A stretch of 64,000 bases of DNA from Candidatus Levyibacteriota bacterium (GCA_050255815.1 JBLMVJ010000035.1:10727-74726), one strand, 5' to 3'. Counted from the first letter of the stretch, positions 10,041 to 18,598 are shown. The notes: a model not told the origin generated them from the sequence alone. Numbers and translations are program-made.

Positions 10041-10048
10041 GAGAACTC

Positions 10049-10333
10049 ATGAACCTACTTCTGGGATACGGATCACTTGCATTCACCTCTTGGTGGATCG
10101 CAGGTACTATCGTCTTTCTTCTGATGCGCAAGCACCGGAAGACCGTCCTCTGGAGAGTGGTTTACGGACCGCTCGTGTTTATCCTCGCGGACTTTATACC
10201 TGCCCTGGCGCAAGCTATGGGTATGCGTATTTGGTACGCTGAAGGAAACGTCAACATCGCCTTCTGCCGGCATGACCCGTCAGAATTCAAGGCGATCTGC
10301 AGAGACTGCGGACAAGAGGTTCACAAATCCTAG
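10049..10333 (+). CDS. hypothetical small membrane protein (high-GC island)
   Basis: Two predicted TM helices and a C-terminal Cys-containing tail (CRHD...CRDCG). GGAG at 10040-10043 lies 5 nt before the ATG. Confidence 0.4.
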   Translation: MNLLLGYGSLAFTSWWIAGTIVFLLMRKHRKTVLWRVVYGPLVFILADFIPALAQAMGMRIWYAEGNVNIAFCRHDPSEFKAICRDCGQEVHKS

Positions 10334-10553
10334 GAGGACAGCGATTGAAGACTAGACCGCCGCCGAAGGCACTTTCCTTGGGAAGCCCCAAAAAGGCAAG
10401 CCCAAAAAGCAAGGTAGTATCCCGCAAACGCGTAAGCGTGTTCGGAACTTGCTTTCTAATGCAGAAATGCACGGGAAGAAATTCCTGGATCCTTACCGGC
10501 CCTAGTTCATCCGAATTCTGGCTTTGCAAGCCAACAGCTCATGGAGAGATGCC

Positions 10554-11990
10554 ATGAATTGGACTGCGCTACTAGCGTGGGTGATGGACCCAGTCCGCAC
10601 CCTTGACGAACTTCGGCAGGCGCACCTTGCCCTGATCGGCCATCCCAACATGGGGAACCGCGTTCAGGTGCGTGCGCGCGTGAGGAACTACATCAATCTG
10701 ATGATCGCCACCCAAGGTGGAGGAGCTCCTGCTCCTTGGCACCCTGGCATGGGCGCTCCTGTGGTTCCTCCAACGCCAACACCTGGCCCTGCGCCCGTTC
10801 CTGGTCCTGGCCCTGCGCCCGTTCCTGGTCCTGGCCCTGCGCCCATCGTCCCGCTCGTTCCGGTTGTCGGCTATCGCCCACGCATGTGGACGTACCGCCG
10901 AATGATACGGAGAGCGCTAAACGAGGGCAACACCGCCTGGATGGATACCGAACTCACGGCATGGGGAGACCCTCCGGGAGTCGGCACTCCAGCACAGCGT
11001 GCGTACCGGCTCGAGAACTTCTCGAGGTCACGGCACGGGTGGAACCGCATCGGGCATGATATCCCGGAGCTTGTTCCGCCTGGCGCACCGGCACCGGCAC
11101 CCCGCCGACAGGTGGACTACGGTCCCCTTGGGTGGATCGCAGGTGCTCTGCTGATCGCAGCCGGCGCAGCCGTACTGTTCTTCGCCTTGATTCTGCCTCT
11201 CTCCAAGTGGGGATGGGACCAGAGCTTCGGCGACGACACGGCAGTGCAGCAGCCCGGCAACCAGCCTGGTAACCAGCCCGGCGGCAACAACGGCAACGGT
11301 AGCGGCAACGCGAACCAGCCTGGCAACAACGGCAACGGTAGCGGCAACGCGAACCAGCCCGGCAACCAGCCCGGCAATAGCGGCGTCATCAAGAACTTGG
11401 CCGACGGCCAGTTCCCCTGGACACCGCCCACACCGGGTACCGACCTTGGGAACGACAAGCAGTTCACCAGCACCATCATCGAGCAGGCCAAGCAGGGAGA
11501 CTGGATTCACAGGCTCTTCAACCCTGGCTTGTTCAACGCAGCCAATAACTACGGCGGAGCCGATTCTTGGGCTATTAGCCTGAACGTCGGTCCGAACGCT
11601 GGTGGCAGCTGGAAGGGCGAGGGAGTCTCGGGACGCTTCGTCTACCGTGCTGTGCAGAATCAGGTGGGTTGGTGCCTTGGCATCCTCACCTCGAAGACGT
11701 GGAACAACATCGACCTGAAGAGTCAACTCCTCAGCGGTTCAGACCCCAGTTTGCCGATCGGATTCAACGTCCGCATCGAACCAGGGTCTACCGTGATGGT
11801 GAAGACGAACTCAGGCGAGATCAAGTCCGGCGTCACAAGCGACATGGGTGATATCCAAGTCGTTCTGCCAGACAGCGGGCTGACCACCATCTGCACTGCG
11901 TTCAGCACTGCAGCACCTACGGGTGAAAGCCAGCTTTGGGTGGGACCTCGGGACCGCTCCAAGGACATCAACACGATCGACGCGCGGTAA
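10554..11990 (+). CDS. repeat-rich single-pass membrane protein of unknown family (high-GC island)
   Basis: The listed ORF starts at TTG 10524; ATG 10554 is preferred because GGAGAG sits at 10543-10548. Contains a PGPAPVPG repeat, one TM helix (LGWIAGALLIAAGAAVLFFALILPL), a QPGN/NGNGSGNA repeat, and a ~270-aa C-terminal domain. Confidence 0.6.
   Translation: MNWTALLAWVMDPVRTLDELRQAHLALIGHPNMGNRVQVRARVRNYINLMIATQGGGAPAPWHPGMGAPVVPPTPTPGPAPVPGPGPAPVPGPGPAPIVPLVPVVGYRPRMWTYRRMIRRALNEGNTAWMDTELTAWGDPPGVGTPAQRAYRLENFSRSRHGWNRIGHDIPELVPPGAPAPAPRRQVDYGPLGWIAGALLIAAGAAVLFFALILPLSKWGWDQSFGDDTAVQQPGNQPGNQPGGNNGNGSGNANQPGNNGNGSGNANQPGNQPGNSGVIKNLADGQFPWTPPTPGTDLGNDKQFTSTIIEQAKQGDWIHRLFNPGLFNAANNYGGADSWAISLNVGPNAGGSWKGEGVSGRFVYRAVQNQVGWCLGILTSKTWNNIDLKSQLLSGSDPSLPIGFNVRIEPGSTVMVKTNSGEIKSGVTSDMGDIQVVLPDSGLTTICTAFSTAAPTGESQLWVGPRDRSKDINTIDAR
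10776..10847 (+). repeat. about 3 tandem copies of a 24-nt unit (cctggtcctggccctgcgcccgtt) encoding PGPAPVPG
   Basis: Units read directly at 10776-10799 (partial match), 10800-10823 and 10824-10847. Confidence 0.85.
11283..11360 (+). repeat. two tandem copies of a 39-nt unit encoding GNNGNGSGNANQP
   Basis: 11283-11321 and 11322-11360 differ at only 1 of 39 positions. Confidence 0.9.
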
Positions 11991-12410
11991 CGCACGGCGA
12001 TCCCAGACTCCTCGGAGTTGCCGATGGAGAGTACCTTAACGTCACGAGCACCGCCTAACCGCTGTGATGATCGTGGTCCGCCTGGAAAAGGAGGTTGACG
12101 ATAACCCTCTGGGTTGTCAGGATCCTGAGCGCAAGCTTGAGGATCTCCTCCACTACGGCGGACAGACTGGACAGTTTATGTGTTTCACGCTCCTTTGAGT
12201 TTTGCATTCAAAGAAAGTCGTGTCACGGCAAAAACTGGTTCCAGTCAGGGTGAGAGACTCATTTATTGAGAATTGATTGGATTTTTTCCATCAAGTCTCT
12301 TTTGAGACTTTCTCCCACCTACATGCCTTTGCGTCTCCCTCACCATTATGGTGAGGGACTGATGAGTATTCTTTCGGAGAAATCTGAGGGAAACGAAACG
12401 CAAAAAAAAC

Positions 12411-13211
12411 ATGAGCATATTAAAATCTGTCCTTTTCTTTATCTTATTTTTGGCTGTTGCAGCCGGGGCTTTCTATGGGGTAGCTGAGCCCCAAAACACC
12501 CTTATTTCTTCCGTAGGCCCTATGCAGCTGACTGCCGGAGGTGCAGGACTCAGCCTGTTCCAGGGAAGCACCGGGCAGTATTATGATTTCTCACCATTTA
12601 AAGATACGGTAACCTTCCAGAACACTACCACTAACGCGCTGGTTACTGCCCAGGATATCCAGTCAACCGGTTATAAAACTTCCCTAAAAGTACCGTTCAT
12701 ACAGAATCTATGGGAAACCTTTCTCTTTTACACAGGAGCAGACACCCCTTCCATGAGGTTTCTGACCGGCAAAAACATCACCTACTCCTCTACCATTAAA
12801 GCCAACAAATTAATAGTCACCAGGACTATTCAGGGGGAGAAAAATCCTATTACAAAAACTGATATGACCATTACCTTTCATGCTATGGATTTTGTGTTTG
12901 ACCGGACAGGAAATTTATATAATTATGTAGACCCTGGAACACAGTCATTCTTTGAGCAGACTTATAACAAAACCTTGACACCTCAGCTGAATGACACTTC
13001 TATCACTGTTATGGGAAATATTGTTTTTATTTATAACCCTAAAATTGCCGCCGTTATGGCTATCCAAACCGTAGGGAACCAGACTATTACGGTGGACCGG
13101 AATGAGAAAGTAATCAGGATTTCTGAAACACCAAAGGTAAAAAACAATATCTACCAGGATTCTCTGCAGGTAACCGTTTTAAACACGCCAAAGGAGGCTT
13201 TTAACCTATGA
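12411..13211 (+). CDS. hypothetical membrane-anchored or secreted protein
   Basis: N-terminal hydrophobic anchor, 266 aa, with a 4-nt ATGA overlap onto the next gene. Confidence 0.55.
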   Translation: MSILKSVLFFILFLAVAAGAFYGVAEPQNTLISSVGPMQLTAGGAGLSLFQGSTGQYYDFSPFKDTVTFQNTTTNALVTAQDIQSTGYKTSLKVPFIQNLWETFLFYTGADTPSMRFLTGKNITYSSTIKANKLIVTRTIQGEKNPITKTDMTITFHAMDFVFDRTGNLYNYVDPGTQSFFEQTYNKTLTPQLNDTSITVMGNIVFIYNPKIAAVMAIQTVGNQTITVDRNEKVIRISETPKVKNNIYQDSLQVTVLNTPKEAFNL

Positions 13212-15049
13212 TAAACGCTATTTTAGCCGCTTTAGCCCTCTACTTGTTGCCTATTATCTTAGGCCGCCCATTGGTAAGGTTTTTCTATAAAAAAGAACTA
13301 GCCTATCCGTTTATTAGCTATTTTACGGCTGGATCTATGCTTTTATATGCCGGGATGCTTCTTTCCTATGCATTAAAACCTTACATCCCTCTGTTCTCAA
13401 GCTTTACTTTGCTGCAGGAAACTATCCTGGCGCTCTCATTTATCATGCTCCCGTTAAACCTGCTGGTAAAAAGGGATGATATTGACCTGGAACCGTTTAC
13501 ATTTCCTGCACTTCTTTCAGCAGGAATTGGCCTTATTTCCTATCTCATATGGCAATATAAATCCCCGTACTCATTTAACTGGGATATGTTTGAGCACCAA
13601 ACACTGGTAAACCAGATTTTGGGTGGACACCTGAGCGTTATTCCATCTCAGCTTACCGATACCTTTGGGTTTAACGGTTACTCTACCCTGTTCCATAGCC
13701 TGGTTGCAGCTTCCCAAACGTTTTTTAGCCCCCAAATACTGCAATACTGGACGGTTATCTCAGGTTTCCATTTAGTAATTGCTGCATTTGCATCATACCT
13801 GTTAACCCGTGAGATCACTGACAATAAACTTGCCGCATCTCTTGCTGCTCTGGTAACCGGTATGGTTTTTGATTCCAGCATTTCATTTACCACCATGTTT
13901 TTTATCCCGCAAACATTTACGGCAGTCCTGTTTGCTTTCCTGTTTACCCAGCTATTATCAGAGGCTAAATCCGGCCGTATTACCAGCCTGCCATTGGCAA
14001 TTTTCCAAGGCCTATTTCTGCTTATCAACCATTATATTGTAGGCCTGGCAGCGGCTGTTTTTTACCTGGGTTCTTATGTCTATATTAAGTTTTCAGCGCT
14101 ACTGGAACGTAGGTTTGGCGCGCGCCATATGGTAATGGCAGTCCTGTTTTTGGCTTTGTTAGGGATCATCTTCTCTCCCGCCCTGCCGTTAGGATTTATT
14201 AACAGCGGAGAGGCTCAGGACTATACCTTAACTATGGTAGATAAATTCAATATTATGAAACAGACATACGGTTACCTGATGCTGCTTTTATTACCGTTAG
14301 GGATCTGGTCAGCAGTAGGAAGTAAAAAACGCATACCACTCTTTTCCTTAATTATTACGGTACTGTTACTTTCTATTGTAATTGCACAACTTCCTTATAC
14401 GGTAAAATTCTTTACCCTGGCCCGCTTTTTTATTGATGCATTTATTGCCATAGGAATTTATTATGTTCTAAAGCCTATGAACACGTTTTTTAAAGGCTTA
14501 TCCTTGGGGGTCTTGGTGCTTGCACTAGGCGGACTTCTGGTAATAAATGCGGCTAACTGGAAAGGGATCTTGCGCTACCAGAACAGCTATACACAAATAT
14601 CCCCGTTTGAGCTGCAGGCAGCAAGCTTTTTGAAAAACGCTTATGGAGGATCTTCCGTCCTTATGGTTTCTGATCCGGCAACCCAGAACATGATGGAGCC
14701 TATTTCAGGCGTAAATTCCCAGGGAGGGGCTTATATGAGCACGTATTCCCGGGAAACTCTGGCTGAGGCAGGTACCACAGATAATCCAGTGCGGGCAGCC
14801 ACAGACCTCTACAAGATTCAGGATAAAATTATACCTGAAGATAAAAGGATTTTAGTCCTTTCAGGGCGCTACTTTGCCTGGCAGAGCGCTTCTATTGGCC
14901 TCAAGAAGGCATTTTCTTACAACGTTTGGAACCCTTCAGGACTTACTCTGGAAGATATAGGGAAAATTGACCACATGCTCTCTGATACAACCCATTTTAA
15001 GTTGGTTTACCAAAACCCTGAAGTGGCTATTCTAGAGGTAACAAAGTAG
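13208..15049 (+). CDS. large polytopic membrane protein with a C-terminal soluble domain (possible GT-C-type glycosyltransferase)
   Basis: At least 12 hydrophobic segments followed by a ~170-aa hydrophilic C-terminus. Sits in a glycosyltransferase neighbourhood. The family assignment is inference. Confidence 0.55.
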   Translation: MINAILAALALYLLPIILGRPLVRFFYKKELAYPFISYFTAGSMLLYAGMLLSYALKPYIPLFSSFTLLQETILALSFIMLPLNLLVKRDDIDLEPFTFPALLSAGIGLISYLIWQYKSPYSFNWDMFEHQTLVNQILGGHLSVIPSQLTDTFGFNGYSTLFHSLVAASQTFFSPQILQYWTVISGFHLVIAAFASYLLTREITDNKLAASLAALVTGMVFDSSISFTTMFFIPQTFTAVLFAFLFTQLLSEAKSGRITSLPLAIFQGLFLLINHYIVGLAAAVFYLGSYVYIKFSALLERRFGARHMVMAVLFLALLGIIFSPALPLGFINSGEAQDYTLTMVDKFNIMKQTYGYLMLLLLPLGIWSAVGSKKRIPLFSLIITVLLLSIVIAQLPYTVKFFTLARFFIDAFIAIGIYYVLKPMNTFFKGLSLGVLVLALGGLLVINAANWKGILRYQNSYTQISPFELQAASFLKNAYGGSSVLMVSDPATQNMMEPISGVNSQGGAYMSTYSRETLAEAGTTDNPVRAATDLYKIQDKIIPEDKRILVLSGRYFAWQSASIGLKKAFSYNVWNPSGLTLEDIGKIDHMLSDTTHFKLVYQNPEVAILEVTK

Positions 15050-15070
15050 TTTTAATGAAAGCTGGGCAGT

Positions 15071-15100
15071 TTGACTTAGCCCTATAGTTTTTGATACAAT
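15071..15100 (+). promoter_or_regulatory. sigma70-like promoter with extended -10
   Basis: TTGACT at 15071-15076, 18-nt spacer, TGa-TACAAT at 15092-15100, then 6 nt to the ATG at 15107. Confidence 0.45.
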
Positions 15101-15106
15101 ACACAT

Positions 15107-15184
15107 ATGTTTCAGAGTGAACTGTTCCACTTAGATAGTGGAGCATCCCTTCGGGCAAGTTCTTCTGAACCAATTTTAGTTTAA
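15107..15184 (+). CDS. possible leaderless 25-codon upstream ORF (MFQSELFHLDSGASLRASSSEPILV)
   Basis: Its first 10 nt (atgtttcaga) are identical to the start of the GT2 gene at 15195. The ATG lies 6 nt after the -10 box. Confidence 0.25.
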   Translation: MFQSELFHLDSGASLRASSSEPILV

Positions 15185-15194
15185 AAATTAAAGT

Positions 15195-15956
15195 ATGTTT
15201 CAGAATAAAAAAGTTTCAGTCATTATTCCATGCAGAAATGAGGAGGCTGCGCTCTATTCCATGCTGCAAAATATCCCCTCTATAGTAGATGAAGTTATTG
15301 TGGTTGATAACGGATCTACTGATAATACGGCCTTTATTGCTACCACCTTAGGGGCAAAAGTCATCAAAGAAAAAAAACAAGTTGACGGTGTAGGTTATGG
15401 ATTTGCCCACCAGACCGGAATGAAACATGCAAAAGGTGATTTCATAGTTGCCCTAGATGGGGATAATACTTACCCTATAGAAAAGATCCCGGAAATCCTG
15501 GCTTATATGGAAAAAGCGCGGGTGGATTTTGTGTCCTGCGCTCGCTTCCCGCTTTCTAACACTGCTGCCATTTCCAAACTACGGCAGTTGGGTGTTAAAA
15601 TTTTAAATTTAGAGGCTTCCCTTTTGTTTGGGTACCATATGAAAGACGTGTTAAGCGGCATGTGGGTTATGAGAAAAGAATGTGTAAGAAAATTGAACGC
15701 AAAATCAGGAGAATGGAATTTCTCCCCTGAAATCAAACTTACCGCATTAATGCATCCTGAGATCAGGTTCTCTGAATACCATATTTCCCACTCTATCCGT
15801 TATAACGGCGTCTCAAAACAGCAGATCTGGAAAACAGGATTAAACCACATGTTTTATATTCTGGAGCTCCGGACAAAATACGCTAAGATGCACCTGCCCA
15901 GACTTAACGTACAGTTTAGCTTTTATAAAGCTGCCTGGGCAAAACTGACTGCCTAA
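15195..15956 (+). CDS. family 2 glycosyltransferase (polyprenol-phosphate sugar transferase-like)
   Basis: VSVIIPCRNEE, VVDNGSTD and LDGDNTY motifs. Confidence 0.8.
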   Translation: MFQNKKVSVIIPCRNEEAALYSMLQNIPSIVDEVIVVDNGSTDNTAFIATTLGAKVIKEKKQVDGVGYGFAHQTGMKHAKGDFIVALDGDNTYPIEKIPEILAYMEKARVDFVSCARFPLSNTAAISKLRQLGVKILNLEASLLFGYHMKDVLSGMWVMRKECVRKLNAKSGEWNFSPEIKLTALMHPEIRFSEYHISHSIRYNGVSKQQIWKTGLNHMFYILELRTKYAKMHLPRLNVQFSFYKAAWAKLTA

Positions 15957-15961
15957 TATCC

Positions 15962-17170
15962 ATGAGAATTCTTTTAATCACCCCATATTTCTATCCCCAT
16001 AAAGGGGGAAGCCAGCAGTATGCGCTGGAGCTCTATAAAACCATCATGAAGCAGAATAAAGATATTCAAGTTGATGTCCTCACCTATAACACAGACCAGT
16101 CAAAAAGTGTGGAAGAATATGAAGGGTTTACCATCTACCGTGTGCCTTGTGTCCAACTCCTGAAGGGACAATTTGCTATTCCTCATTATTGGGAGCTGAG
16201 AAAAACACTGAATAAACTATTCAGGGAAAACCGCTATACGTTTGTGAATAGCCATACGCGGTTTTTTGAAAGTTCCTGGTGGGCGCCGTATGTTGCTTCA
16301 CATTTCCATACCAAATCTATCCTGACTGACCATTGCGCAGCACATCCCACCCATAAAACTAAACTGGTTACCGGCGTGTCATACGTAATAGATAAATTCA
16401 TAGCGCCCCTGTTTTTGCAAAAATATGACTATATTACCGTGACTAATAAAGCCACCCAGGATTTCTTAAGCTCACTTATTTCAAAAGAGTCAGAGGTTAT
16501 TTATGGCGGCGTAGATACAAAACTCTTTAAACCCAGGACAAACAGGAGCAAAGAAAGAAAAATTTTAGGGATCAAAAAAAGATTTTCAAAGAATGATGTG
16601 GTGGTAGCATTTGTAGGCCGCATGATCTATTCCAAGGGTCCGCAAATACTTTTGGAAGCAGCCAAAAAAATTACAAAAAAATACCCGCGGGCATACTTTA
16701 TTTTTGGAGGAAACGGTAGCCTGTACCCTGAGCTTTCTGCCTTCCAAAATGACCATATTTTCTTTACCGGAGAGCTCACAAAAGAAGAAATATCTGACCT
16801 GTTAGCCAAGTCCGATGTCCTGGTTCATCCTTCTTTACACCATGAAGGCTTTCCAAATGTTATTTTAGAAGCAGGAGCAGCAGGCTGTGCAGTTATTGCA
16901 ACAAATATGGGCGGAACGTATGAAATTATTACCCCCAGAACCGGGATCATGGTAAAACCAACAGTTTCAGCAGTAAGCTCAAAACTGGAGCTCCTAATAA
17001 AAAATGGCTTGCAAAGACGTAAATTGGGAAACAGCCTGCATAAATGGGTAGCTGATAATTACGACTGGAAAAGGATTGCGAAGGTATACCAAAAATCCAT
17101 GCAGGAAAAGATCCGGGAAAATACGTTACTGTTCCCAACCATGCGGATGCGCTCTATACCACGTCACTAA
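15962..17170 (+). CDS. GT4-type (GT-B) glycosyltransferase
   Basis: C-terminal EGFPNVILEAGAAGCAVIATNMGG (E-x7-E type) motif. 402 aa. Confidence 0.8.
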   Translation: MRILLITPYFYPHKGGSQQYALELYKTIMKQNKDIQVDVLTYNTDQSKSVEEYEGFTIYRVPCVQLLKGQFAIPHYWELRKTLNKLFRENRYTFVNSHTRFFESSWWAPYVASHFHTKSILTDHCAAHPTHKTKLVTGVSYVIDKFIAPLFLQKYDYITVTNKATQDFLSSLISKESEVIYGGVDTKLFKPRTNRSKERKILGIKKRFSKNDVVVAFVGRMIYSKGPQILLEAAKKITKKYPRAYFIFGGNGSLYPELSAFQNDHIFFTGELTKEEISDLLAKSDVLVHPSLHHEGFPNVILEAGAAGCAVIATNMGGTYEIITPRTGIMVKPTVSAVSSKLELLIKNGLQRRKLGNSLHKWVADNYDWKRIAKVYQKSMQEKIRENTLLFPTMRMRSIPRH

Positions 17171-18133
17171 CGAGTCAATACTCTGCTCCAGCGTATGTTC
17201 CGGGCTCCATTTTAAAAGCTCTTTTGCACGCGTTATATCTGCAACCATTTTGGCATATTCACCCTGGCGCGTTTGTGATTTTTCCAAAGGCAACTGAGCA
17301 CCTGTTTTTTGCTCTACAGCTTTTATAATTTCTAGAACCGAGTTTCCGGATTCTGTCCCTATGTTCATAATTTCACTATTGCCACCATTTAAAAGATACT
17401 CAAGAGCGAGAATATGGGCATTGTTTAGGTCTACTACGTTCACATAATCCCGGATAGGTGTCTTGTCCGGTGTGTCTACCTCAGGACAGGTCAGATAGAA
17501 CGGCTCTATCCCTAAAGCACCGCGTACGGCATTCTGCATGAGGTGTACAGAAGGTTTTTTGCTGTCACCTATCATTCCGTCATCTGTTGCCCCGCAGACG
17601 TTAAAATACCGCAAAATAACGTAATTTAGGCCCTTTAATTTTCCGTACCACTCAATCATTTTCTCTGTCATACGTTTTGACTCCCCATACGGATTACTGG
17701 GGTTGGTGGGATGTTTCTCATCTATGGGAACGTACTGGGCTTCCCCATACACGGCGCAGGTGGAGGAAAAAATAATGTTTTTAATGTTACGGGAAAGCAT
17801 GGCTGCCAGAAGGACCTGGGCGGACGTAGTGTTGTTCCCAAAATATTTCTCCGGGCTTTGCATAGATTCATTTACTGAGCAATTGGCTGCATAATGGATA
17901 ACTGCCTCTATGTCCGGATTTGAATCAAGCACGTGTTCTATGTCTTTTTTGATTTCACCTTCATAGATATTCAGGTTATCGCCAAATTTTTCTTGTAATG
18001 CCTGCATTGCACCATGGAATCCCGTGGAAAAGTTATCCAGGGCCACCACCTGGTAGCCTTTTTGGAGGAATAAGTAGGCGGCTACTGACCCTATATACCC
18101 TGCTGCACCGGTAATTAATATTTTCTTTGCCAT
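17126..18133 (-). CDS. galE: UDP-glucose 4-epimerase
   Basis: ILITGAAGYIGS Rossmann motif and a YGESK catalytic motif. 335 aa. Confidence 0.85.
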   Translation of the reverse strand: MAKKILITGAAGYIGSVAAYLFLQKGYQVVALDNFSTGFHGAMQALQEKFGDNLNIYEGEIKKDIEHVLDSNPDIEAVIHYAANCSVNESMQSPEKYFGNNTTSAQVLLAAMLSRNIKNIIFSSTCAVYGEAQYVPIDEKHPTNPSNPYGESKRMTEKMIEWYGKLKGLNYVILRYFNVCGATDDGMIGDSKKPSVHLMQNAVRGALGIEPFYLTCPEVDTPDKTPIRDYVNVVDLNNAHILALEYLLNGGNSEIMNIGTESGNSVLEIIKAVEQKTGAQLPLEKSQTRQGEYAKMVADITRAKELLKWSPEHTLEQSIDSLVTWYRAHPHGWEQ

Positions 18134-18160
18134 TTGGGGTTAATTGTAGCAAATTACCAC

Positions 18161-18374
18161 AAAAAAAGCTTCCGGGTTTAACGGAGAGGGATGTTCTCCG
18201 TAAAGCCATAAAAAAACTCCTGACCCTTACGGAGAATAAGAATCCCTGCCCAAGACTCCTACTCTCCGTAACGATCAGGAGCAATGGGACATGCCCAAGA
18301 CTCCTGCTCCGATTTATCGGAGTGACTTTCTCCCTTTAAACCGGAAGCTTCAAAAAGCCCAGTATATTGGGAAA
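18161..18374 (-). ncRNA. candidate structured leader or small RNA upstream of galE
   Basis: A 15-bp long-range stem (18166-18181 with 18335-18350) encloses several hairpins and is followed on the minus strand by a U7 tract (18161-18167). A possible promoter is TTTACA (18403-18408) and TATATT (18381-18386) on the minus strand. Confidence 0.35.
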
Positions 18375-18447
18375 AACGGAAATATATTTTCGTGAAAATA
18401 GTTGTAAAAACAATCTATTTTCATCAAAATAGCTTCATCAATTTTCC

Positions 18448-18476
18448 TTGACAGGAAAATATATTTTTGCTAATTT
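18448..18476 (+). promoter_or_regulatory. sigma70-like promoter with extended -10
   Basis: TTGACA at 18448-18453, 17-nt spacer, TGc-TAATTT at 18468-18476. Confidence 0.45.
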
Positions 18477-18482
18477 TATCTC

Positions 18483-18598
18483 AAAGTACTAGTCTCACCC
18501 TGCCTAGAGACTATGTACTTATAAATTTTCTAAAAGAGCATTGCTTTTCGTACTTAAGAATTTATACAACTAGTAGCGAAAGCGATGCTCTTTTTTTT
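18483..18598 (+). ncRNA. candidate ~115-nt small RNA (promoter, 5' hairpin, intrinsic terminator)
   Basis: 5' hairpin agtactagtctc...gagactatgtact. A ~15-bp stem (18534-18550 with 18577-18592) is followed by T8 at 18591-18598. No plausible ORF. Confidence 0.35.

Noticed and set aside
10287-11995. Multiple overlapping ORFs in the high-GC island (10345-10557, 10693-10881, 10717-10905, 10736-11059, 11028-11726, 11117-11491, 11669-11851, 11723-11995)
   Set aside because: These are the shadow frames expected in GC-rich DNA. They overlap the long 10554-11990 frame, lack start context, and give Arg/Pro/Ala-rich nonsense.
12266-12487. 73-aa ORF overlapping the start of the 12411 gene
   Set aside because: It is out of frame with and overlaps the better-supported membrane-protein gene, and its product is implausible.
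17126-17170. Convergent 3' end overlaps (GT4/galE by 45 nt; recF/histidine phosphatase by 35 nt at 53499-53533; msrA/58976 gene by 4 nt)
   Set aside because: These are consistent with ordinary genome compaction or slightly over-extended ORF ends. There is no evidence of a functional antisense arrangement.
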